Positions 10,733 through 20,756 of a stretch of DNA of 64,000 bases are shown piece after piece. A program made the position numbers and the translations under genes. The DNA is taken from assembly GCA_965223845.1 (NCBI GenBank), contig CBDCXR010000004.1, positions 7,805,200-7,869,199 of the forward strand. The letters run 5' to 3'. This stretch comes from Planctomycetota bacterium (GTDB taxonomy: Bacteria > Planctomycetota > UBA8108 > SXIK01). The notes under the pieces are model-generated. The model was given only the letters and a program-made list of their open reading frames with translations. It did no database searches and was not told the origin of the DNA. The stretch's first letter is position 1, and each line of letters begins with the position of its first letter.

Positions 10733-11830
10733 TCACGCGATGAGCATCGCGTCGCCGTAGCTGAAGAAGCGGAAGCGCCGCTCGATCGCCCGGGCGTAGG
10801 CGTGGAGCATGCGCTCGCGCCCCGCGAACGCACAGACGAGAACGAAGAGACTGCTCTGGGGGAGATGAAAGTTCGTGATGAGAGCATCGACCATCTCAAA
10901 ACGCATCCCAGGCTTCAAAAAAAGCTCGGTCCCGAAGCGGTACGCGCCCTCCTCGGGCTCGCCGCCGAAGCGAGCCCAGCTCTCGAGAGCTCGCGTCGTC
11001 GTCGTTCCGACGGCGATGACCCGTCGGCCCTCGGCGCGCGCGCGCACGATCGCCTCAGCGGTCGCGATGGGTATCGAGACCCGCTCGCGGTGGAGGGTCG
11101 ATGCCGCCAGCTTCGCGTCGGAGAGCGGCTCGAAGGTTCCGAGACCGACGTGGAGGACGAGGTTGCGCCGCTCGACGCCGCGGGCCGATAGGTCGTCGAG
11201 GAGCTCCGGGGTGAAGTGCAGTCCCGCCGTCGGAGCTGCCGAGGACCCGGACGACCGCGCGTAGATCGTCTGGTAGCGTTCAGCGTCGAGTGCCCGCCGG
11301 GCATCCTCCGCCGCGCGCTCGATATACGGCGGGAGCGGTACTTCGCCCGCGTGTTCGCACAGCCGAAACACCGCCGCCGCATCGAGAGCCGAACCGGAAG
11401 CGTCGCGGAACTCGACGTCGACCCGTCGTTCGCGCCGATCGAGCGGATGCGCCGTCGCCTCCGCTCGATCGATGGCGAGGACACTCCCGGCGGCGAAGGC
11501 TTTCGCGGGTCGGCCGAGCGCCGTCCACGTCGTCCCATCCGATGCGGGCTCGAGGAGGAGCAGCTCTCCGCGCCCGCCGCTTTCCCGCCGGAATCGGAGG
11601 CGGGCGGGAAAGACTCTCGTCTCGTTGAAGACGAGGAGGTCGCCGGGCCGGAGTCGCTCCGCGAGTGATCCGAAGCGGTCCGCTTCGACGGCAGGTTCCC
11701 CGCGGCGCGGTACCACGAGGAGACGCGAGTCTCCGCGTTCGGCCGGCGGCTCTTGGGCGATGAGCTCGGGAGGGAGAGCGAAATCGTATTCGGTGAGCGA
11801 AGTCTTCGGCGCGGGACGCGGCGAGTTCAT
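10733..11830 (-). CDS. queA: S-adenosylmethionine:tRNA ribosyltransferase-isomerase QueA
   Basis: YDFALPPELIAQEP, VPLPPYI, YQTIYA, AAPTAGLHFT, VGTTTTRALE, TNFHLPQS, FFSYGDAM. Confidence 0.96.
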   Translation of the reverse strand: MNSPRPAPKTSLTEYDFALPPELIAQEPPAERGDSRLLVVPRRGEPAVEADRFGSLAERLRPGDLLVFNETRVFPARLRFRRESGGRGELLLLEPASDGTTWTALGRPAKAFAAGSVLAIDRAEATAHPLDRRERRVDVEFRDASGSALDAAAVFRLCEHAGEVPLPPYIERAAEDARRALDAERYQTIYARSSGSSAAPTAGLHFTPELLDDLSARGVERRNLVLHVGLGTFEPLSDAKLAASTLHRERVSIPIATAEAIVRARAEGRRVIAVGTTTTRALESWARFGGEPEEGAYRFGTELFLKPGMRFEMVDALITNFHLPQSSLFVLVCAFAGRERMLHAYARAIERRFRFFSYGDAMLIA

Positions 11831-13419
11831 CCTCTCGCGCCTCCGCGAGCGTCGGTGTCCTCCGCGCCGGTGCCGGGAAGCGGATCCGGCAGCGTTTCGA
11901 TCTCGAGTCGGGGCAGCCAGGCCGCGACCGCCGCGAACCACGGGCCGGGAGAGTCGAGCGAGGACGAGAAGACGGGAATTCGGCGCGCATCGGGCCGCGG
12001 ATCGGCCAGGGTGGCGTCGAGGGGGCGCCAGCGATCGACGTGCACCTCCGTCCAGAGGTGTCCGTGGAATGCATCCTCGTGCGCGACGAGGCCGGCGACG
12101 ACGCGCGAGGGGATTCCGATCGCGCGACAGAGCGCCGCGAGGAGAAGTGCGTGCTCGGTGCAATCGCCGGCGCGGTTCACGAACGCTTCCTTCGCTGAGC
12201 CGAACGCGAGCGCGCTCGGATCGAGATCGAGATACCCCCGGACCCATTCCGCGAGTCGGAGCGCGCGTTTCCAATCCGAGGCCAGTTCCGCCGTCAGTGC
12301 GGTGGCGCGGCGAACGATCGCGGGATCGTTCGCTTCGAGATGCGCGGTCGGCGAGAGGTAGGCGATCGATTCCGCGTCCGACAGTCGGCGCGATTCGGCG
12401 GTGTTCGCGTCGGCGACCACGCGAATCCGTACCACGCGATCGCGGAGTTCGTGTTCCGGGACGGGGCGGAGCACCGTGACGCAGGCCGCATCGAAGAGCC
12501 CCTTCGCGTCCGGGAGCATCCCGCGGGGAAGGCGGACGCGGTATTCCGCGCGGTCGCGCGATCGCGGGACACCTCCGACGGGTTTCACGACGGCGATTTC
12601 GATCGGCGGCGGGGGCGATCGCGCGGCCTGGAGAGCGGCGCGCCGCGTCGACGTGTTCGAATCGAGCTGGCCGCCGAGGAGTGCGACCCTCGAGGCGATG
12701 GGGCGAAACCCGCGGTCGACACTTCGCTCGACGGTTACGCCCGCAGTGGTGACGCGAAGGCGGAATCCCTGCTCGTCGACCGCGATGATCTCGACCAGCT
12801 CGGTCACCGCGATTCCGCTCCCGGGACGGAGGACGGTGATCGAGACAGAATCGCCGGCGTTCCTGAGCGCATCCGTGAGGACGCGGCGCGCCCCGATGGG
12901 ACCGAGCGTCGCGGGAGGAAGGATCGATTCGCTCCGGCGATCTTGCGGGAGTGTGCGTTCAACCCGAATGCCGTCGCCGGCCCGGTAGCCGGAGATCTCC
13001 TCCGTGCGTCCATTCGCGACTCGCCGTGATGAGAACGCCGCGATCTCCCCGTTCGCGTCTTCGTCGGTCGTCGTCGCAGTGACCAGCGTGAGTGCTCGCC
13101 CGTCGCGGCGCCACGCGAGTCGCTGCGTAAACTCGCTGCGGTAGCCTCCACCCGCTCGCCGGTTTGCGCGGAAGCGGGAGTAGCCGATCGTTCGCGCCGA
13201 GGCTTCCGCAGAGGCGCGGTAGGAAAGAATCCGCCACTCGTCGATCTCGGCCGAACGTCGCCGGTTCGATGGCGAGGCGGGGTTCGGGTCGAGCTTCGCC
13301 TCCGGAGGGGACACCGATGACGCACAGCTTCCGCTCACCGTCACGGCGACCACAGCGCTCACCGTCCGCAAGCTTCGGCGAAGAGCGCCCTCGCGATTCA
13401 GCGGCGATGGCGCTTCCAT
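11827..13419 (-). CDS. Transglutaminase-like domain protein (putative lipoprotein)
   Basis: GDCTEHALL, HLWTEV, LDAT Cys-His-Asp triad; hydrophobic N-terminus ending SGSC; start uncertain (13464 or 13419). Confidence 0.8.
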   Translation of the reverse strand: MEAPSPLNREGALRRSLRTVSAVVAVTVSGSCASSVSPPEAKLDPNPASPSNRRRSAEIDEWRILSYRASAEASARTIGYSRFRANRRAGGGYRSEFTQRLAWRRDGRALTLVTATTTDEDANGEIAAFSSRRVANGRTEEISGYRAGDGIRVERTLPQDRRSESILPPATLGPIGARRVLTDALRNAGDSVSITVLRPGSGIAVTELVEIIAVDEQGFRLRVTTAGVTVERSVDRGFRPIASRVALLGGQLDSNTSTRRAALQAARSPPPPIEIAVVKPVGGVPRSRDRAEYRVRLPRGMLPDAKGLFDAACVTVLRPVPEHELRDRVVRIRVVADANTAESRRLSDAESIAYLSPTAHLEANDPAIVRRATALTAELASDWKRALRLAEWVRGYLDLDPSALAFGSAKEAFVNRAGDCTEHALLLAALCRAIGIPSRVVAGLVAHEDAFHGHLWTEVHVDRWRPLDATLADPRPDARRIPVFSSSLDSPGPWFAAVAAWLPRLEIETLPDPLPGTGAEDTDARGGARG

Positions 13420-13432
13420 TTCGGGCCCTCGT

Positions 13433-14353
13433 TCAGCACGGGTGTGGCTGGACGAGGCGGCCATCGATCGTCACGCTCCGGAGCCCCACGTGTACACAGA
13501 AGAGTCTCACCGCGAAGATGAGGTCGCTGCGGGTGAGCTCCTTCCGATCGATCGCGAGCTCTACGCAGCCGTTCTCGTCCACGTAGAACTCGAAGCCCGG
13601 CTCGCCGGCGACGACCTCCGGGGCGGTCCTTCGCAGGCGGTGCGCTCGATCGTTCTCGACGTGGTAGTAGAACGGATCGACTGCACTCAGTGCGCCTTCG
13701 CCTGACCATCGGCGCGCGAGGTGCGGAAGCTCACGGCGGAAGAATTCGCGGGTGAAGACCGACATCGGAACGAATGGAAGTTCGTCGGAACCGTCGGTGC
13801 GACGCGAGACGAGACCGACGTCGATCCACTGACGCAGCGGCGCGGGCGGAAGAACGCTCGGCGCGAAGTGACGCCGCGGATCGCTCACGGCGCGGAGGCG
13901 GAGGGGGGCGCTCAGTCGGAGCGCCTCGGCGAGATGGCGTCTCGGCGAGATGGCGCGACCCTCGGCGAGGCGGTCGGAGAGACTGCGGAGATACTCGCGG
14001 GCCTGCGGTGAGAGCTCGGAGTCCCCGGGCAGCACGGAGAGGAAGGTTGCCACGAGCCGCGCCGAAGCGGCGGTTTCGCCAGAGCCGGAGACTCGCAGCG
14101 ATACCGGGAGAGCGCGGTCGGCGAGCTCCGAGACTCCGCGGAGCCAGTGGATGAGCGACCCGCGCGAGCGGTGTGCGCTCAGATACTCGTCGATCGACCG
14201 CGCGACCGCGCGGAGACCCACGGCGCCGCGGTCGTCGGCGTCCCGCCGGTTCGTCCGGGGACTCTCCTCGCCCATGTGACGTCTCCTCTTCTTCGGTCCT
14301 CTTCCGCGGACTTCCTTCTCTGGGTCCTCGTCGTCGGCCCGTTTCGACGTCAC
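13433..14353 (-). CDS. Hypothetical protein
   Basis: Long ORF filling the gap, co-oriented with downstream genes; no recognised motif; start uncertain. Confidence 0.5.
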   Translation of the reverse strand: MTSKRADDEDPEKEVRGRGPKKRRRHMGEESPRTNRRDADDRGAVGLRAVARSIDEYLSAHRSRGSLIHWLRGVSELADRALPVSLRVSGSGETAASARLVATFLSVLPGDSELSPQAREYLRSLSDRLAEGRAISPRRHLAEALRLSAPLRLRAVSDPRRHFAPSVLPPAPLRQWIDVGLVSRRTDGSDELPFVPMSVFTREFFRRELPHLARRWSGEGALSAVDPFYYHVENDRAHRLRRTAPEVVAGEPGFEFYVDENGCVELAIDRKELTRSDLIFAVRLFCVHVGLRSVTIDGRLVQPHPC

Positions 14354-14666
14354 CGTCTCGCTCGGTCGCGGCGCGCGCAGCCGGCGGCTCGCGCGATCGC
14401 GCTACGTATGGCGGACCCCAACCCTGGTCGCGTCACATTGTAGGAGGGGGCGAGAGTCGACCCACGGAAAAAAAGTGGCCGCGACGAAGTGTCCCGCGCG
14501 CCTCAGAAGCGTGGATTCACACGCTAGCGCGTGCGAGCGCGAAATCGCTTGAGTTCGGTTCGGACGGGGAATATCGTCGGGCGGTTTCTCGCGCGCCGGC
14601 GCTGGACTCGCGGCCGCGACGGGCGGAGACGATACGCCGCCGCGGGGCCCGGAGAACGATCTTCAG

Positions 14667-15944
14667 ATGCTCGATCCCAAACGCATTCGTCAGGATCCCG
14701 ATGCGATCAAGGCGGGCGCACGAAAAAAACGCATCGACGCCGACGGGCTCGTCGATCAGTTTCTCGGGCTCGACGACGAACGGCGAGCGATCGTCCGCGA
14801 ACGCGACGAGCTGAAGGCGGAGCAGAATCGCGTCGGGAAGGAAATCGCGAAGCTCTCGGGTCCCGAGAAGGCAGAGCGCGGACGCGAAATGAAAGAGATC
14901 TCCGCTCGGCGGAAGACACTCGACTCGCGTCTCGCGGAGATCGAGACGGGCCTCCACGACGTTCTGCTTCAGATTCCGAATGTTCCCGACGCGGACGTTC
15001 CGGAGGGTGCTGACGAGGCGGAGAACGTCGAGCTGCGTACGGTCGGCGAGCCGCCGGCGTTCGACTTCGAACCAAAGGACCACCTCACGCTCGGAGAAGA
15101 GCTCGACCTCATCGACATGACGCGCGCCGCGAAGCTCTCGGGCTCGCGCATGTACATCCTCAAGAACGATGCGGCGCTCCTCGAGCTCGCGGTGCTTCAG
15201 TTCACGCTCGACTCGCTCGTCAAGAAGGGCTTCTCTCCGATGATCGTGCCGACTCTCGTTCGGCCGGAAGCGCTCATCGGTACGGCGTACTTTCCCGGGG
15301 GCGAGGACCAAGCGTACAAGTGCGCGCAGGACGATCTCTACCTGATCGGCACTTCGGAAGTGCCGGTCACGTCCTACCACTCGGGCGAGATCCTCGAAGA
15401 GGACGCTCTCCCACGGCTCTATGCCGGGTACTCGACGTGCTACCGCCGGGAAGCCGGAGCGGCCGGACGCGACACGAAGGGGCTCTATCGGATTCACCAG
15501 TTCAGCAAGGTCGAGCAGGTGGTCGTCTGCCGGAACGACGAGGAGGAGTCGCGCCGCTTCCACGAGTTCATCCTCACGAACGCCGAGGAAGTGCTCCAGG
15601 CGCTCGAGCTCCCGTACCGCGTCGTCAACGTCTGCGGCGGTGACCTCGGCGTGCCGCAGATTCAGAAGTACGACATCGAGACGTGGATGCCCTCGCGCGG
15701 CGGATACGGCGAAACCCACAGCGCCTCTCGGTTCTACGACTACCAGGCGCGCCGGCTGAGTCTCCGCTATCGCGGCGCCGACGGCAAACTCCGCTTCTGT
15801 CACACGCTCAACAACACCGCGATCGCGAGCCCGCGCGTCCTGATCGCCTTGCTCGAAAACCACCAGCTCGCGGACGGGACGGTGCGCATCCCAGAGGTGC
15901 TCCGTCCGTACTTCGGAGGGCGGGAGCGCATCGTTCCGAGGTGA
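14667..15944 (+). CDS. serS: Serine--tRNA ligase
   Basis: IPNVPDADVP, LIGTSEVP, CYRREAGAAGRDTKGLYRIHQFSKVEQ, HTLNNTAIASPR. Confidence 0.97.
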   Translation: MLDPKRIRQDPDAIKAGARKKRIDADGLVDQFLGLDDERRAIVRERDELKAEQNRVGKEIAKLSGPEKAERGREMKEISARRKTLDSRLAEIETGLHDVLLQIPNVPDADVPEGADEAENVELRTVGEPPAFDFEPKDHLTLGEELDLIDMTRAAKLSGSRMYILKNDAALLELAVLQFTLDSLVKKGFSPMIVPTLVRPEALIGTAYFPGGEDQAYKCAQDDLYLIGTSEVPVTSYHSGEILEEDALPRLYAGYSTCYRREAGAAGRDTKGLYRIHQFSKVEQVVVCRNDEEESRRFHEFILTNAEEVLQALELPYRVVNVCGGDLGVPQIQKYDIETWMPSRGGYGETHSASRFYDYQARRLSLRYRGADGKLRFCHTLNNTAIASPRVLIALLENHQLADGTVRIPEVLRPYFGGRERIVPR

Positions 15945-16147
15945 TCCGCGACGGCGAAATCCAGCCCGTCATGACGCGCCGCCGCGCGGCTCGTCCGCGG
16001 GCGCCGCAAAGCCCCCGTCCGGGTGGAAAAGCGGGGGGACGCATACCATAATGGCGCACTTGTGTCGCTGCCGCCCCCGTCGCAAGAGTACGCGAGCGCT
16101 CGTTCGCCGCGGTTGTCGATAGTTCCGCTCAGTGAAAGGAGTTCCCT

Positions 16148-17314
16148 GTGGTCCTGCCGGTGGCAAAGATCGCGCTCGAAGACGGCACCGTCCTCACGGG
16201 ACGGTCGATCGGCGCGGACGGCGAGTCCGTCGGCGAGGTCGTCTTCAACACCTCGCTGACCGGTTACCAAGAGATCTTCACCGACCCGTCGTACAACGGG
16301 CAGACCGTAGTGATGACGAATCCGCTCATCGGGAACTACGGAATCAATCCCGACGACGAGGAGTCGTTTCGCCCGTTCGTCCGCGGGGTGGTCGTCAAGG
16401 AACTGAGTCGACGGCCGTCGAACTTCCGTTCCCACGGCTCGCTCTCGGGCTACCTGCAGAAATTCGGGATCGTCGGCATTTCCGGCGTCGACACGCGAGC
16501 GATCACCCGCCGCGTTCGCGTGTCGGGGTCGCTGCGCGGAATCATCGTGACCGGAGACGCCGCCGCTCGTTCGGACTCCGAGCTCGTCGATCGCGCGAAG
16601 GCCTGGTCAGGGCTCGACGGCGCCGACATGGTCGCTGATGTGACGTGCGGGCGCATCGAAGAGTGGACGCGCGGATTCAGCTCGCCGTTTTCGAACTGTT
16701 TCCGCTCGAATCGTGCCGACGCGGGGATGGGGAGCGGGCTCAAGGTGGCCGCGTTCGACTTCGGGATCAAACACAACATACTCCGGATCCTTTACGACAT
16801 GGGATTCGAGATCCATGTCTTTCCCGCGAGTGCGACCGCGGACGAAGTGCGCGCGATCCAGCCCGACGGTCTCTTCCTCTCGAACGGACCCGGTGATCCC
16901 CTCGGTCTCCCGTACGCCATCGACACCGTTCGCTCGCTCGTTGGAGAGCTGCCGACCTTCGGCATCTGCCTCGGGCACCAGCTCACCGCGCTCGCGCTCG
17001 GCGCGTCGTCGTACAAGCTCAAGTTCGGGCATCACGGCGGGAACCATCCCGTCAAGAATCTCGTGACCGGCAAGGTCGAGATCTCGGTGCAGAATCACTG
17101 CTACGCCATCGACGAGAACACTCTCCCGGCGGGCGTCGAGCCGTACTTCGTGAATCTCAACGACCAGTCGCTCGAGGGGCTCAAGCACGCCGAGCTCCCG
17201 CTCTTTACGGTGCAGTTTCATCCCGAGGCGGCGCCCGGTCCCAACGACTATACGTTTCTGTTCGATCAATTCGCCGCTATGGTCCGCAGTCGCCAGCCGC
17301 TCGAGGCGTGCTGA
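16148..17314 (+). CDS. carA: Carbamoyl-phosphate synthase small subunit
   Basis: GEVVFNTSLTGYQE, LSNGPGDP, FGICLGHQL, QFHPEAAPGP. Confidence 0.97.
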   Translation: MVLPVAKIALEDGTVLTGRSIGADGESVGEVVFNTSLTGYQEIFTDPSYNGQTVVMTNPLIGNYGINPDDEESFRPFVRGVVVKELSRRPSNFRSHGSLSGYLQKFGIVGISGVDTRAITRRVRVSGSLRGIIVTGDAAARSDSELVDRAKAWSGLDGADMVADVTCGRIEEWTRGFSSPFSNCFRSNRADAGMGSGLKVAAFDFGIKHNILRILYDMGFEIHVFPASATADEVRAIQPDGLFLSNGPGDPLGLPYAIDTVRSLVGELPTFGICLGHQLTALALGASSYKLKFGHHGGNHPVKNLVTGKVEISVQNHCYAIDENTLPAGVEPYFVNLNDQSLEGLKHAELPLFTVQFHPEAAPGPNDYTFLFDQFAAMVRSRQPLEAC

Positions 17315-17404
17315 AACGGGCGGAGACCCGGCGCGGCGACCGCGTTTCGCGGTGAGGAACGCGCGCGGGCAGCCGCGGATCGTGTGGCAGAAGGATGCTT
17401 CGTG

Positions 17405-18715
17405 ATGGCCGATGTCGCCCGGCACTACTGCGTGGTCGGAATCCAGTGGGGGGACGAGGGGAAAGGGAAGATCGTCGACGCGCTGATGGGCGAGTTCGAC
17501 GTCGTCGTCCGCTACCAAGGCGGAGCGAACGCGGGGCACACGGTCAAAATCGGGGACGCCGAGTACGTTTTTCATCTGATCCCGTCGGGAATCCTGCAGG
17601 ACGGGAAGATCTGTGCGATCGGGAACGGCGTCGTCGTCGATCCCCGCGCGTTGATCGAGGAACTCGACGGGCTCATCGCGAGCGGATTCGACCGCGAGAG
17701 CAGTCTCTGGGTGAGCGAGCGAGCGCACGTCGTGCTGCCGTACCATCGCGCGCTCGACGCCGCGCGCGAGTCGGCATCGCGGAACGGGAAGATCGGAACG
17801 ACCCTGCGCGGAATCGGACCCTGCTACACGGACAAAGCTTCACGGCAGGGGCTGCGGATGCTCGACCTCGTCGATCCCGATCGATTGCGTCCGCTTCTCC
17901 GCGCTCGGATCGAGGAAAAGAACGTCGAGCTCGTCAAACTCTACGGCGCGGATCCCATCCCGGTCGAATCGAGCATCGAAGACTACGTCGAGTACGGCGA
18001 GCGACTGCGGCCGCTCGTGCGCGATCTGACGGCGGCGCTCTGGGAGCGGGACCGGCGCGGCGAGCGAATCCTCTTCGAGGGGGCGCAGGGTCTCTTGCTC
18101 GATCTCGACCTCGGAACGTATCCCTACGTGACGTCGTCGAACACGTCGTTCCTCGGGCTCGGCCCGGGCTCCGGCTTTTCTCCGCGACGCGTGGAGACCG
18201 TGCTCGGGATCGTCAAGGCGTACTGCACGCGCGTCGGCGAAGGCCCGTTCCCGACGGAAGACGACGGCGAGGGCGGGGATCGCCTCCGCCGGACCGGCGG
18301 CGAGTTCGGAGCGACCACGGGACGACCGCGTCGCTGTGGCTGGCTCGATATCCCGGCCGTGAACTACGCGATAGAGGTCGGTGACGTCGACGCGCTCGTC
18401 GTGACGAAGCTCGATGTGCTCGATGCGCTCGAAGAGATCCCGGTCGCGGTTGCGTATGAACGCGACGGCGAGCGGTTCGACCGATTTCCGACGGACGTGG
18501 CCGGCGTGACGCCGGTCTACGAGACCCTTCCGGGATGGTGCGCGTCGACTGAAGGATGTCGCCATCCCCGCGACCTTCCGCCGCGCGCGAAAGACTATCT
18601 GCAGTTTCTTGCCGACCGCACCGGACGACCCGTCGCGATGGCTTCGGTGGGGCAAGAGCGGAACGCGCTGCTTCGATTCGACCCGTGGCTCGCGCCGCGA
18701 GTGATGTCCCGATGA
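17405..18715 (+). CDS. purA: Adenylosuccinate synthetase
   Basis: QWGDEGKGKIVD, GGANAGHT, FEGAQG, GTYPYVTSS, GATTGRPRRCGW. Confidence 0.97.
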   Translation: MADVARHYCVVGIQWGDEGKGKIVDALMGEFDVVVRYQGGANAGHTVKIGDAEYVFHLIPSGILQDGKICAIGNGVVVDPRALIEELDGLIASGFDRESSLWVSERAHVVLPYHRALDAARESASRNGKIGTTLRGIGPCYTDKASRQGLRMLDLVDPDRLRPLLRARIEEKNVELVKLYGADPIPVESSIEDYVEYGERLRPLVRDLTAALWERDRRGERILFEGAQGLLLDLDLGTYPYVTSSNTSFLGLGPGSGFSPRRVETVLGIVKAYCTRVGEGPFPTEDDGEGGDRLRRTGGEFGATTGRPRRCGWLDIPAVNYAIEVGDVDALVVTKLDVLDALEEIPVAVAYERDGERFDRFPTDVAGVTPVYETLPGWCASTEGCRHPRDLPPRAKDYLQFLADRTGRPVAMASVGQERNALLRFDPWLAPRVMSR

Positions 18716-19509
18716 TCGACCGATCGGATGATCGCCACGGCGACGCGGAACCGTCGCGAGTGCTCGACGGTGTCGCGCCGAACGATCTTCCGCGTCACGT
18801 CGCCCTCATTATGGACGGCAACGGCCGCTGGGCGCGTCGCCGTGGACTCCTGCGCGTCGTCGGCCACGAGAGCGGCGCCGAGTCGCTCCGTCGCATCACG
18901 CGTCGCAGTCGCGCGCTCGGCATCAGCGAGCTGACGTTCTATGCGCTGTCGACGGAGAACTACACCCGGCGGCCGCGCGCGGAGGTCGAGTTTCTCATGG
19001 GGCTCCTCCGCCGCTATCTCATCGACGAGCGCGACGAGCTCATGACGAACGATATTCGTCTCCGCTCGATCGGCTCCGTCGAGGATCTCCCGGATTCCGT
19101 CGTCGCCGAACTTCGCACGACGGAGAAGCTCACCGCCGAGAATCGCTCGATGCGCCTTCGGCTCGCACTCAACTACGGCGGCCGACAAGAGATCATCGCG
19201 GCTGTGAATTCCTGGCTGCGCTCGCGAGATGCTGGTTCCCGCATCGGATTCGACGAGGACGCTCTCCGCGCGAACTTTTACGATCCGGAGATGTCGGACC
19301 CCGATCTCTTGATTCGGACGGCCGGAGAGTACCGGCTCTCGAACTTTCTTCTCTGGCAATGCTCCTACAGCGAGCTGTGGGTGACTGAGACCCTGTGGCC
19401 GGACTTCGGCGTCGAAGAGTTCGACGCGGCGCTGCGGGATTTCGCCCGTCGCGAACGCAAGTACGGAGCCGTCGGAAACGAGCCCGAGCGCGGCTCGGCT
19501 CGGCGGTGA
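18712..19509 (+). CDS. uppS: Polyprenyl (undecaprenyl) diphosphate synthase
   Basis: HVALIMDGNGRWA, STENYTRRP, NYGGRQEI, RTAGEYRLSNFLLWQ; ATGA overlap with purA. Confidence 0.95.
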   Translation: MIDRSDDRHGDAEPSRVLDGVAPNDLPRHVALIMDGNGRWARRRGLLRVVGHESGAESLRRITRRSRALGISELTFYALSTENYTRRPRAEVEFLMGLLRRYLIDERDELMTNDIRLRSIGSVEDLPDSVVAELRTTEKLTAENRSMRLRLALNYGGRQEIIAAVNSWLRSRDAGSRIGFDEDALRANFYDPEMSDPDLLIRTAGEYRLSNFLLWQCSYSELWVTETLWPDFGVEEFDAALRDFARRERKYGAVGNEPERGSARR

Positions 19510-19607
19510 GGCTACGGCGACGGATCGAAAGCTCGTCGGCGGGAGGTTGAGCCCATCTTGTCCGCGAGAGAATCGAACTCGAGCTCAGAGCTCAGAAAGT
19601 CGAACCG

Positions 19608-20435
19608 GTGAAGATTCGCATCCTCCTCGGCGCGGTGATGATCGCCGTCATCGTTCTCCTCTTCTGGCTCGATCACCACTTCGATTCGCGCGCGTTCGTG
19701 GGCAGCGTCGTTTGTCTCGTCGGCGTCGCGGGATGGTGGGAATTCTCGCGCATGAGTGGGGTCGCTGCGAACGGGGGGCGCGCACTGTCCGCGGTGGGCT
19801 TTGTCGCGACCGCGTGGTTTCTCGCGTTCGCGTGGCTCGACTCCGCGCGCACGGACCTTCCGGCGGCGCTCTCCGTCCTCGGCTTCGCCGCTCTCGTCTT
19901 CGGGGCGTTCGTATCGGTGCTCTTTCGGGGCGACTTTCGCACGAGCCTTCACGCGGTGCTCGCGACCATCGCCGGCGCACTTCTCTTCGGCTTCCTCTTC
20001 TCCCACGTTCTGAGAATCTATTTCCTCCCGCGCGGTTTATTGCTCGGCGTGGTGTTTCTTTTCGGAGCGAAGGGGAATGACATCATCGCTTATTTTTCGG
20101 GCCGCGCGTTCGGCCGGCGCCGTTTTCTCAAAGTGAGTCCGGGGAAGACTTTGGAAGGTTGCTCCGGCGCTGTCGTGTTCAGTGTGGTGTGGTTCGTGGC
20201 GGCGGGTCAGCTCTGGCCGGAACTCTTTTTTCGTTGGCCGCAATCGATTGTCTTGGGGATAATTTTTTCGGTGGCAACGCAAGTGGGTGACCTCGCTGAA
20301 TCGCTGCTGAAACGCGCCTACGAAGTGAAGGATTCAGCGGCTTTGCTGCCGGAGTTCGGCGGAGTGCTGGACTTGATCGACAGCACGCTCTTCAGTGGGT
20401 TTCTCTTCTGGTTCGTGTTCGCCCTCACGCAGTGA
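19608..20435 (+). CDS. cdsA: Phosphatidate cytidylyltransferase
   Basis: Multi-TM; SPGKTLEG, GDLAESLLKR..VKDS..LPEFGGVLDLIDS. Confidence 0.92.
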   Translation: MKIRILLGAVMIAVIVLLFWLDHHFDSRAFVGSVVCLVGVAGWWEFSRMSGVAANGGRALSAVGFVATAWFLAFAWLDSARTDLPAALSVLGFAALVFGAFVSVLFRGDFRTSLHAVLATIAGALLFGFLFSHVLRIYFLPRGLLLGVVFLFGAKGNDIIAYFSGRAFGRRRFLKVSPGKTLEGCSGAVVFSVVWFVAAGQLWPELFFRWPQSIVLGIIFSVATQVGDLAESLLKRAYEVKDSAALLPEFGGVLDLIDSTLFSGFLFWFVFALTQ

Positions 20436-20756
20436 CGACGATTTCATCGCTTTCGACCGCGAGACGAGCTCGATCGCAGCCGAGGGAGCAGGCTTTGCCG
20501 CGCCCTCGCGAAGCGCGACGTTCCCGTGAGCCGATCGAGGGGCGCCGAGGAGAGAACTCCATGCAGCCGCTAAGGAGCTTCGGTTGAGGAGCATGTCGCT
20601 CGCGAATCGGCGGCGCACCGCGTCTCGAGCCGCGCGGGTCGGTCATCCCCGGTCGCGCCGCGACCGGGGCCGGACGCCCGGGATCGCGTGCCGACCGGTA
20701 ACGGTGCCCGGCGCGCTGGCGCGTGCTCCCGTTCTTTTCCCGTGGATCGATTGTCT

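Noticed and set aside
13433-13438. Orphan ORF ends TGC-TGA
   Set aside because: Read-through would run out of frame over the transglutaminase gene; no supporting homology
14667-15944. serS as part of a selenium cluster (SerRS charges tRNA-Sec)
   Set aside because: Ordinary housekeeping context, more than 12 kb from either selenoprotein; no sel genes or tRNA-Sec seen in the window
17309-17314. carA ends TGC-TGA, a possible C-terminal Cys-Sec
   Set aside because: CarA is already full length and no Sec form is known to me; treated as a normal stop
20436-20756. Possible ncRNA between cdsA and phoH
   Set aside because: No recognisable RNA family motif; only generic GC-rich pairing
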